A stretch of DNA of 64,000 nt, taken from contig CAWEWF010000010.1 in NCBI GenBank assembly GCA_963812605.1, positions 96,001-160,000 on the forward strand. Direction: 5' to 3'. Source of the DNA: an uncultured Verrucomicrobiae bacterium (GTDB taxonomy: Bacteria > Verrucomicrobiota > Verrucomicrobiia > Palsa-1439). Of the stretch, positions 54,392-64,000 are shown one piece after another. Under the pieces are notes generated by a model. The model was not told the DNA's origin. It was given only the letters and a program-made list of their open reading frames with translations, and searched no databases. A program made the translations under genes and the position numbers. Each line of letters starts with the position of its first letter. Within the stretch, counting starts at the first letter, position 1.

Positions 54392-56417
54392 ATGCCACTC
54401 GACACCTCGAAGATTCGTACCGTAGCCGTCGTCGGCCATGCTTCCAGCGGCAAAACGTCCCTGATCGATGCCGTGCTGTTCATCGCCAAGGCCGTGACCG
54501 CTCACGGCCGCGTCGCCAACGGGACCAGCGCCGCCGATTGTTTGCCCGACGAACTCGAACGCAAGATGACCATCCACGCCAAGTCCTTCCACTGCCAGTG
54601 GCAGGGCCACTCGATCACCTTGCTTGACACGCCGGGCTTCGCCGACCTTTTCGGCGATACGCTGGCGGCCATCCGCGCCGCCGATGCGGCCATTGTCGTC
54701 GTCGACGGCGTGGGCGGCATCGAAGTTGGCGCGCGCCGCATCTGGAAAATGCTCGACGAAATGCAGAAGCCGCGGCTGGTGTTCGTCAGCAAACTCGACA
54801 AGGAGAACAGCGATTTTTTCCGTTGCGTGGAACAGATTCGCGGCGCGTTTGGGAAGAATTGCATTCCGTTCGAGTTGCCGGTCGGCCAGGAAGCGGGTTT
54901 CTCGAAAGTGCTTGAACCTGCGCACGACGCCCGAGGCGGAAGTGCCCGCCGAACTGCGCGAGCAGTTCCACAAATGCCACGAAAGCCTGGAGGAAGCCGC
55001 CGCCGAGCAGGACGACAAGTTGCTCGAGGAATTTCTCGGCGGCCAGGCGCTCACGGTGGAAGAGATCACGAAGGGCACCCACGTCGGTGTCGCCCGCGGC
55101 ACGACCGTGCCGATCTATTGCGGTTGCGCGGAGAAGGAAATTGGCGTGCGCAATTTGCTGGAAGGCGTCACCGCGTTGTTGCCGTCGCCCGCGGACGTGG
55201 GCGCCGTCGCTACCGAGGACGGCGGAAGTGTCGAGCCCCTGGCGAACGCGCCGTTCAGCGCCTTCGTGTTCAAGGCGACCGTTGATCCATACGCGGGACA
55301 TCTGGCCTACGTGCGGGTGGTTTCCGGCACCTTGAAGGCCGATATGGACGTGTTGAATGCCACGCGCGGCGTGAAAGAGCGAATCCCGCAGTTGCTGAGC
55401 ATGCAGGGCAAAACGCAGACGACCGTGGCGGAGGCCGGCCCCGGCGAAATCGTGGCGCTGGCCAAGCTCAAGGACACCCACATCAATAACACCCTGTGCG
55501 ATCCGTCCCGGCCGGTAAAGTTCCCGCCGATCAAATTCCCGCGGCCCGTAATGAGCTATGCCATCCATCCCCACACGGCCAAGGACGAGGAAAAAATCAG
55601 CATGGCGCTGCATCGGTTGACCGAGGAGGACCCGACGTTCCACATGGAACGCAACCCAAACACCAAGGAGTTGATCATTTCGGGCATGGGCGACCAGCAT
55701 CTCGCGGTCGTGGTGGACAACCTCAAGAAACGACTCGGCGTCAATGTCGATCTCAGCACGCCGAAGGTCGATTACAAGGAAACCATCACCTCCCATGGCG
55801 ACGGCCATTACAAGCACAAGAAACAATCAGGTGGCCACGGCCAATACGGCGAAGCCTACGTCAAGATCGAGCCGCACCAGCGCGGCCGGGGTTTTGAATT
55901 CACCAGCGAAGTGGTCGGCGGCTCCATCCCGCGCAACTTCATCCCCGCCGTCGAGAAGGGCTGCGTCGAGGGAATGCAGGCGGGTGTCGTGGCGGGCTAT
56001 CCCGTCGTCGATGTCCACGCGATTGTGTACGACGGCTCGTACCACGACGTCGATTCCAACGAGATCAGTTTCAAGATCGCCGGCCTGCATGCTTTCAAGG
56101 AAGCGATGCAGAAAGCCCGGCCCGCGCTGCTCGAGCCGGTCATGAACATCACGGTCTATGTGCCCGACCAGTACATGGGCGACATCACCGGCGATCTCAA
56201 CCACCGCCGCGGTCACATTCTCACCGTCGAGTCCGTGGACGGCATGCAGGCCATCAAGGCGCAGGTGCCGCAGGCGGAGTTGTTCAAGTACGCCAGCGAG
56301 CTGCGCTCCATCACCGCCGGTCGCGCCTCATTCGAGATGGAGTTCTCCCACTACGAACAGGTCCCCCAACACGTCGCCCAGAAAGTCGTCACGGAAGCCG
56401 CCAAGAAGGCCGGGTAG
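54392..56417 (+). CDS. fusA: Elongation factor G-like protein (EF-G2 type; frameshift near 54910)
   Basis: GHASSGKT, DTPGFAD, SKLD, EEDPTF, GMGDQHL, KKQSGGHGQYG, DGSYHDVDS; not in an rpsL-rpsG operon, so likely the secondary paralog. Confidence 0.9.
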
Positions 56418-56502
56418 AAGGCTAATTCCGCGGATTTTCCCGTTTCTTTGAATAATCCCGCGTATTAGGCGTCAATCTGAACAGGCCGGGGTTCGATTGA
56501 CG

Positions 56503-59230
56503 ATGCGACGGTCTTTTGATACAATTTTAGGGCGCGGTCCAAGGCAAGGCGAGATCCTGGACCATGAGGAATTTGTGCCAACGTCCCAACTTATTATCGA
56601 CACGCTACCCGTAGAGTCCCTCGAAAAGGCGACGACGGAGGCAGTGCAGACCAAATCACCGCTCGTGGTTGCGCCGACGGAGCGGGTGGTGACGGAAGGC
56701 AAGTTTTTCCGGGTTGGCTCACAGAAGTTTCACCCGCGCGGCGTGACCTACGGGCCATTCAAGCCCGACGAAACCGGCGGCACCTTCCCGAAGCCCGAAC
56801 AGGTGGAACGTGACTTCGCATTGATGAAGCAACTCAACGCGAACTGTCTGCGCGTCTATCACGTGCCGCCGCGCTGGTTCCTCGACCTGGCGCAACAGCA
56901 TGGATTGAAGGTGCTGGTGGATTACTATTGGCCCAAGCACACCTGCTTCCTGGAAGACCGCGAGACGGTCCAGTTCGCGCGCAAGGCGACGCGCGAGGCG
57001 GCCAAAGCGCTGGTGGGCCATCCCGCCGTGTTCGCGCTCACCCTGGCCAACGAAATCCCGCCGGACATCGCCCGTTGGTACGGCGCAAAACGCCTGGCGC
57101 GTTTCATCGACGAGCTGGCTGCGATTGTCAAGGATGTGGACCCGCAGCGGTTGGTCACGTTCGTCAATTTTCCCACGACGGAATTCCTGCAACCGGCCAG
57201 TATCGATTTCGTCAGCTTCAACGTCTATCTCCATGAACCGCGTCCCTTTGCGAACTACCTCGACCGCCTGCAGAATATCGCGGGCGACAAACCGCTGCTG
57301 CTGGCCGAGTTTGGCGTCGACTCCATGCGGGAGGGCGAGGAGGCCAAGGCGCAGATCCTCAGCGGGCACATTGAGATCGCTTTTCGCGCCGGGCTGGCAG
57401 GCATGTTTCTCTTTGCGTTTACGGACGACTGGCATACCGGCGGCCATCAAATCGAGAACTGGTTTTTTGGGCTGACCACGCGCGACCGCGAACCGCGCGC
57501 GGCGTTCCATGCCGTGGCCGAGCAGTACAAGCGCGCGCCCTACTTTCCATTGCCACTGTACCCGAAGGTGAGCGTCGTGGTGGCGAGCTATAACGGGGCC
57601 CGCACTCTGCCGTCCTGCCTCGATTCCCTGACTCATCTCAATTATCCCAACTACGAAATCATCCTTGTGGACGATGGTTCAACGGACGACACGGCGCGCG
57701 TGGCGAGCCACTACCCGACGGTGCGCGCGATTCACCAGCAGAACATGGGCTTGAGCGCCGCGCGCAACACCGGCATCCAGGCCGCCGCGGGCGAGATCGT
57801 CGCGTTTACCGACAGCGATTGCCGCGCCGACGAAGACTGGCTCTACTACCTTGTCGGGGATTTGCTCAAGACCGACGCGTGCGCGATCGGCGGCCATAAT
57901 TTTGCGCCGCTGGAGGACAATCCCATCGCCGGGTGTGTCGCGGTTTCGCCGGGCGGCCCGGCGCACGTGATGCTTGACGACCGCAACGCGGAGCACATCC
58001 CCGGTTGCAACATGGCTTTTTGGAAATGGGCGCTCGAGGAGGCGCACGGGTTCGACGCGCAATTTCGCGCGGCGGGCGACGACGTGGACATTTGTTGGCG
58101 TTTGCTCCAGCGCGGCCGCAAGATCGCCTTTTCCCACGCGGGCTTTGTCTGGCATTACCGTCGCAACACCATCCATGCCTACCTGAAGCAGCAGCGTGGG
58201 TACGGAGTCGCGGAGTCGCTGTTGCGCCGCAAACACCCGGAATATTTCAACAGCCTCGGCGGGATGCGCTGGCGCGGGCGGATTTACAGCCCATCGAAGA
58301 TCGCCGGGTTCTTCGGCAAATTCGTGATTTATCACGGCACTTTCGGCAGCGCGCTTTTTCAAACGCTATACACTCCCGAACCCAGCGGATTGCTAACGGT
58401 GTTGACGAGCCTGGAGTGGCATGTCTTGTTTACGGTGGGCGCGCTGCTGCTCGCGACGGTGTGGCCGGCCTTGTGGCCGCTGCCTGTGTTGACGGTCCTT
58501 GCGAGCCTGGGCATGGCAACGGCCGCGGCGGCGCGCGTGGAACTGCCGCCCTGGCAGACACGCTGGTGGTCGCGTCCGCTGGTGGCGATCCTGTATCTGT
58601 TGCAGCCGATTGTGCGCGGGTGGCCGCGATACGGGCGGCGACTGCGCCGCTCCGAAACGCCGGTGGCGACACGCGAGACCGTGCGCAAACTGGCGGCGGA
58701 ATATGGCAGACTGGGTTCCGTGCATACGCTCAATTATTGGAACGAAAAGAGCATCGAGCGCTTCACGTTTTTGGAGGCGCTGCTGGAATTGCTCGACCGC
58801 GATCAATGGCAGTCGCGCGCCGACAGCGGTTGGGACGAGTTTGACGTGACGATTTACGGCGACCGCTTCAGCAAGGTGCACGTGAAGACCGTGTCGGAGA
58901 ACCATGGCGGCGAGAAGCGCCTGTTGCGGGCGCGCGTCGAAGGCGGCTGGACATTGCTCGGAAAAATGTCCTTCTTTGGGATCGTCGCCGCCATGTGTCT
59001 GGCCTCGCGATTATGGTGGACGCTGGCGTTGCCGGCCGACGCAAATTCCCCTGCCGATGCTGTGGGGGTTCACGGCCCTGCCGCTGGCGCTGATTGGCCT
59101 CTGGGTGGGGTACCTTCACCTGCGCACCCGCCGCACCGTGCGTCTGGCGACGGGGGTGCTGGATCTTTGCGCCAAGGAACTGAAATTGATCAAGCTCAGC
59201 GCCCCGAAGAAGTTTGTGAAACCCGATTAG
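56503..59230 (+). CDS. Fusion protein: GH2-like TIM barrel + GT2 + C-terminal membrane region (frameshift near 59040)
   Basis: RGVTYGPF, LANEIP, LAEFGVDS; VVVASYNG, DDGSTD, FTDSDC, PGCNMAF, GDDVD, QQRGYG; TM helices. Confidence 0.88.
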
Positions 59231-60397
59231 CGTGGCACCGTCAGGTCGCAGGCCCGCAGCATCGCCGCGCAACACTTTGTCCGAATCGAAATACTCTTCG
59301 GCAATCCGTCGCGCCGCCCGGCAATTGCGCTCGTAGTCCTTCCCGATTTCTTCCACGCGCCCATGACGTCGTCCGCCGTCTGGAAAGCGAAGAGGCCCTC
59401 ACCGCACGGCAGGAATTCGCTGAAACCGGTGTCCTGCACGATCACCGGCTTGCCCGAGGCGAGATACGCGACGGTACGGTCGCTGAACCAACCGCAACGT
59501 GTCTTCACGTATCCGTCCTTGGCCACGCTGAATTCGCCGCGTGAGTTGCCGAGGTAATCGAGATAGGCGTCCAGACTTCGCGTTGCGGCCAGCGCCTCGG
59601 TGATGATCCAGCCCGCTGTCTCGAGTTGTTGCGCGGGAGCGCCGACGCCCCCAAGCGCGATCTCGAATACCTTGCCCGCGCGCTGGGGAAGGTCGAGGAA
59701 CTTGAGCATCTCGACGTTCTTTTGTCCGTAGGTCACTCCCTGATAATCGACACTGCCATACGCGGCCCAACTCATGACGGTCGTGAACCGTCCGGCGTCA
59801 GGCGTGTAACGCGGCTGCATCAGTTCAAGGGCCAGCGGCTGGCGAAACGGCTGCCAGCGCAGTCCACGCATCGGGATTGGGCAATCCGGTTTGCCGATGC
59901 GTTCGCCGAAGGTGAAGTGGAAATTGAAATCGTACGGCGACGCATAGCCGGCGCAGGAAGCGTTGGGCGTCGGCGACATTTTGAATTGCGTGAACCCCCG
60001 GATCGATGTCGACGAAGATGCGCACGCGGCAATCGCGCAACTCCTCCAGCCACGTGGTCGAGGAAGCGCACAGGACGAAATCCGCCTGGCTGCACAGATT
60101 TTTCACCTCGTCACGCTGCAGGCCGTGCCATTTTCCCGTGGCGTCCACGTAACACCAGCGCTGGATGCCGATGCGCTCGAAAAACGGCAGGATCTGGCCG
60201 AGTCCGTACGTCGGGTCGTCGCTCATGGTATTGGTGCGCGGGTCGTAGCACGCTTGTTCCCAGCCATAATGCTCGAGGAAGACGACCTCGTAGCCGAGTT
60301 TCGCGAGGCCCGCGAGAAAATGATATTGCGACAACAAATGGCCGCCGAGCGGATACCGCGCCAGATAGCCCGCCACAATCGCGACGGGACGGCTCAT
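59227..60397 (-). CDS. GT-B glycosyltransferase, paralog A (frameshifts near 59980 and 59360)
   Basis: RYPLGG, VDIDPG, HFTFGERIG, FTTVMSW, GEFSVAKDGYV, GWFSDRTVAYLASGKPVIVQDTGF. Confidence 0.8.
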
Positions 60398-61545
60398 GCG
60401 CCCGCCCGGGTGATGAGGTCCGCGAGAACGCGTCGCGCATCGAACATCCGCGCGGCCAATTCACGCGCCTCGCGAGAATGCGCGGTGTAATCGGCGTTAA
60501 TCGCTGCGATGCCCGCGAGCGCCTCGTCGAGGGTCTGGTAGGCGAAGAGCCCGCGGCCCGTCGGGTAGATATGGCTCCAGCCGGTGTCCTGCAGTACGCA
60601 CGGACGACCCAAAGCCAGGTAACAGGCGCTGCGACAACTGAACCAGCCGCTGCGGGACTTGACGTAGCCCTCCTTCGCGACGCTCCATTCGCCTTTCGAG
60701 CGGCGCAAGTAATCACGATAAGTCCAGGGATCCGGCAAATGCTCGGCGGGTTCGATGATCTGCCAGCCTTTCTGCCGCAGCATGTCGGTCGGGCGCTTCA
60801 TGCCCGGGCCCATGCCCATCGCAATCTCGAATTTTTGCGCCGTTCGTCCCGGCAGTTCGACGAACTTCAGGAACTCCACGTCCTTCTGTCCCCACGTTTC
60901 GCCATTGTACTCGCAACTCTTGTACGAAACCCAATTCATCACCGTCGTAAACACGTCCCGCGGCGGTTCCGCGCGAAGCTCCCACCAATCAAGGACGATG
61001 GGTTGGCGCGTGGGGATCCAATCGAAACCAGCGGCGGGGATGCGGCAATCCGCTCCGCCGATATTCTCGCCGAACGTAAAATGTTTGTCGTGCGCGCGGA
61101 TTCGGTCGATCACATCCTGTTTGCCCGAGGCGAGCGCCACCTGGGTGAACATCGGGTCGGAATCGAGAAAGATTTTACAGGGAATCGACAGATACTCGGG
61201 CCGCAGCCACCCGCAGCCCGAAACATTCAGATAGAGGTCCGCCGTCGCGCAAATCTCCTTGGCGGCCGCTTCCGTGTGGCCGTGATAGCTCGCGTCGGGC
61301 GCGCTGCGATAAATCCAGCGGTCGGCGAGCCCAAGTTTTTCCATGACGCCACGCAGATAGTTGACATTGTAACTGGCATCGGCGGAGACGGTATTCTGGA
61401 TCGGGTCATACGGCCACATCTCGGTATCTTCGAGGTAGAACACATCGTGTCCCAGTTGGCGGAAGCCCTCGACGTATTGTAAATAATCCCACGCCACGCC
61501 GCCGAAAGCGTATTGTCCGACCAGTCCCGTGACGACGATGCGCAT
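60394..61545 (-). CDS. GT-B glycosyltransferase, paralog B
   Basis: GGVAWDYLQY, DSDPMFTQ, HFTFGENIG, FTTVMNW, GEWSVAKEGYV, GWFSCRSACYLALGRPCVLQDTGW. Confidence 0.85.
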   Translation of the reverse strand: MRIVVTGLVGQYAFGGVAWDYLQYVEGFRQLGHDVFYLEDTEMWPYDPIQNTVSADASYNVNYLRGVMEKLGLADRWIYRSAPDASYHGHTEAAAKEICATADLYLNVSGCGWLRPEYLSIPCKIFLDSDPMFTQVALASGKQDVIDRIRAHDKHFTFGENIGGADCRIPAAGFDWIPTRQPIVLDWWELRAEPPRDVFTTVMNWVSYKSCEYNGETWGQKDVEFLKFVELPGRTAQKFEIAMGMGPGMKRPTDMLRQKGWQIIEPAEHLPDPWTYRDYLRRSKGEWSVAKEGYVKSRSGWFSCRSACYLALGRPCVLQDTGWSHIYPTGRGLFAYQTLDEALAGIAAINADYTAHSREARELAARMFDARRVLADLITRAGA

Positions 61546-61608
61546 CGCGGCATTTATAAACTGCTTTTGCACTCGACACAATCACGGGCGCATTTCACAG
61601 TACGCGGC

Positions 61609-63086
61609 ATGCGCAGCGACAAAGAGCGCGTCACGGCTACGCTGATCGTGGGCGTTTTCGCGTTCGCGGTTGTGCTGGCGTACCACCACGTCGTGGACGG
61701 AGATTTGTGGGCGCGGCTGGCGGTGGGCGCGCAGGCGTGGCGGACCGGCGGCCTGATGCGCCATGACGTGTTCGCGTTCACGCCGACGCTGCCCGAATGG
61801 ATCGATCACGAATGGGGCGCTGGCATGATTTTCTTCGGGTTGCTAAATGCCTTCGGTCCCGCCTCGCTCATGCTCCTGAAAATCGTCACGGCGTGCGCGG
61901 CAGTTCTTTTGTGCCTGTTTGCCGCGCGACGCGAGCGGAACCGGCTGGTCCACGCTGTTGCTCCTGGCGATTCCGTGCGCGCTGACGGTATTGCCGGGTT
62001 ATGTGACGGTCGTGCGCAGTCACGCGCTGACGTATGTGTTCTTTGCGCTGACGCTGTTGTGCCTTGAAGCAATGCGCGCCGGGCGACGTTGGCCCGCGTT
62101 CGTCATCCCGATGACCATGCTCGTGTGGGCGAACGTGCACGGCGGATTCGTGGTCGGACTCATTGCGATTGCCGTCTACGCGGCACTGATGCGGACGCGG
62201 ACCGATACTCGCCACGTTATTGGCCGCCGTCGTGGTCACGTGCATCAACCCGTACGGCCTCCATTACTGGACGTATCTCGTACCCGCGTGGCTGCATCCG
62301 CGCGCGGACATCACCGAGTGGGGCCCGATGTCCATCGGGGGCAGCGGGCCTTACTTCGGGTTCCTCATCCTGTTCGTTATCGCGATCGTAGTGATTGCCG
62401 CAGGATGGAAACAACGCACTGCGCTGGGATTGACGATGCTCGCGCTGACGGCAATCGCCGCGTGGCTGCATCGACGGCATGCGCCGTTCTTTGGGCTGGC
62501 GGCCCTCGTGTATCTCGGGCCGTATGCCGAGCGCTGGTGCCGGCGCATGCCACTGGTCGCCGTCCTGGCGGTCCACGTAGTCCTGGCGGGGTTCGTGGCA
62601 GTTGGAATTCCTGCCGCAGGCTTCGCTGGAACCCGTGGTGCCGCCGAGTTTCTATCCCGTCGGCGCGGTCGCGGCGCTCGACCAGGCCGGCGTCAAAGGA
62701 AACCTCGCGGTGCCATTCCGCTGGGGTAGCTACGCCTTGTGGCGGCTGGCGCCCAAGATCAAGGTGTCGATGGACGGGCGTTACGAGGAGACGTATCCGG
62801 ACGCGACGTTTGAGATGAACCGCGCATTTTTCGACCGATCGGCGCGGATTGGGATCGGCTCCTGCGAGAGTACCGCGTAGATTTCATCATACTGGAGTTA
62901 CGGGCAACACAACTTTCACCCCCTGATCTGCGCGAACACGGCTACGAAGTGATCCGGGCCGACGACACGTCGGTGCTGCTCGCGCGAAGTGAATTTGCGT
63001 CAGCATTGCGCGCGGCGGCTGCGAACCTTCCGTCAATGCCTTCCGACCAACTCGATCCGCACCTCGCGGATCGGTGGTTGCCGTAA
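61609..63086 (+). CDS. Polytopic membrane protein, GT-C-like (several frameshifts)
   Basis: DGDLWARLAVG, WIDHEWG, VWANVHGGF, INPYG, ITEWGP, WGSYALW...MDGRYEETY. Confidence 0.7.
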
Positions 63087-63107
63087 AAAGATTTGGCAAG
63101 CCCGCTA

Positions 63108-64000
63108 CTAGAGTGCGTTCAAAATCTCCGGTGGCGCTTTTTCGATGCGGTCGATGCGGAATTTTTGCGGGCCGGTGTCGCCCTGCCAGTCGATGGTGTC
63201 GCCGGCGTGTTTGTTGAGCAGGGCCTGGGCGAGGGCGGCGGGGTAACTGATGATGCCGCGAGCGGGGTCGCTGTCCCACGCGCCGAGGATGTGATAAGTC
63301 TGCGATTGCTTCGCGCCGAGTTCAGTGACGGTGACGCTGGTGCCGATGCTGACGAGGTCGGTCTTGACGTCGGCGAAGTCGGTTGCTTGGGCGCGTGAGA
63401 GCAGGTTTTCGAGCTCGGCGCGGCGGCGCATCAGGAGTTTCTGCATGTCCTTGGCGGCTTTGAACTCAAAATTCTCGCGCAGGTCCCCATAACTGCGGGC
63501 GAGGCCGATTTCCTTGCTATTCTGCGGGATCTTTTTCACGATATCCTCAAGCTCCGCCTGGCGTTTGCGGTAGCTGCCCCAGGAGACGACGAGTGGTTGC
63601 TCCTTGACCGTCTTCGAGATGAGGAACTCCTGCACGAAGGGGTGTTCCTTGACGATGCGGGCCATCAGCGAACGACGGTCGAGTTCCTCGATCGCGCCGC
63701 TGGCCATGATCAAGCGCGTCAGGTTGCGCACGGTTTCCGGGTCGGCCTCCGCGAGGAGATCGGCCACCAATTCTCCCTCCTCGAAGAGCACGTCACGGAG
63801 CTTTTTATTGGCGGACTTGGTGGGCGCGGACTCGATGGCTTCCACGACGGCCAGCAGGAGCGCGGGGGTTTGAAAGTCGTCGAGCCAGGGCCAGGCCTTG
63901 CGGGAAGCCGGGGTGGAAACATTGCGGGCAAATCCAGCACAACAGCTCGGCGCCCGCAGTTTGGTTATGCACCCACTGCTTGATGGCGCCGGCGTTTTGG
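63108..64000 (-). CDS. greA: Long PVC-type GreA/GreB transcription elongation factor (3' part; frameshifted upstream)
   Basis: IPQNSKEIGLARSYGDLRENFEFKAAK, VSIGTSV, YHILGAWDSDPARGIISY, preceded by a helical extension. Confidence 0.88.
   Translation of the reverse strand, partial: KTPAPSSSGCITKLRAPSCCAGFARNVSTPASRKAWPWLDDFQTPALLLAVVEAIESAPTKSANKKLRDVLFEEGELVADLLAEADPETVRNLTRLIMASGAIEELDRRSLMARIVKEHPFVQEFLISKTVKEQPLVVSWGSYRKRQAELEDIVKKIPQNSKEIGLARSYGDLRENFEFKAAKDMQKLLMRRRAELENLLSRAQATDFADVKTDLVSIGTSVTVTELGAKQSQTYHILGAWDSDPARGIISYPAALAQALLNKHAGDTIDWQGDTGPQKFRIDRIEKAPPEILNAL

Noticed and set aside
1-64000. Mass pseudogenisation, programmed frameshifting or phase variation
   Set aside because: Single-base indels also hit EF-G-like, comEC and greA; motifs are otherwise intact and there are no long simple-sequence tracts. 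Sequencing error is the simplest explanation.
1-64000. tRNA, rRNA or prophage genes
   Set aside because: None recognised; intergenic gaps show no cloverleaf signatures and there are no phage or integrase genes.

Overview
GC-rich bacterial DNA, probably Verrucomicrobiota/PVC (long PVC-type GreA, secreted protein with a '...RFYRV' C-terminal domain, alginate-export-family barrel). Many genes, including housekeeping ones (EF-G-like, comEC, greA), are split by single-base indels, most likely long-read assembly error; I reconstructed them across frames. Layout: (1) 1-3.6 kb, a patchwork of small genes, REP-like palindromes and a possible toxin/immunity remnant. (2) About 3.6-42.4 kb, a large, heavily decorated surface-polysaccharide locus: wzx, Wzy-like polymerase, glf, GDP-mannose-epimerase-like gene, many GTs, four SAM methyltransferase domains, YfhO GT-C, DUF362, CapK-like ligase, wecB, WecG/TagA, and three paralogous secreted clan GH-A proteins. 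(3) 42.5-56.4 kb, housekeeping and envelope genes. (4) 56.5-63.1 kb, a second glycan module (GH-A/GT2 fusion, two GT-B paralogs, a GT-C-like protein), then greA. Top candidate for an undescribed system: an SGNH protein + SxtJ-family protein + NodU/CmcH carbamoyltransferase + an unannotated 54-aa DUF5989/SxtK-like peptide ending in PFIYTLF. That tail matches the tyrosine acyl-shuttle motif of DltX/AlgI-type systems and suggests an MBOAT-free trans-membrane carbamoyl relay. All family assignments are from motif recognition, not database searches.
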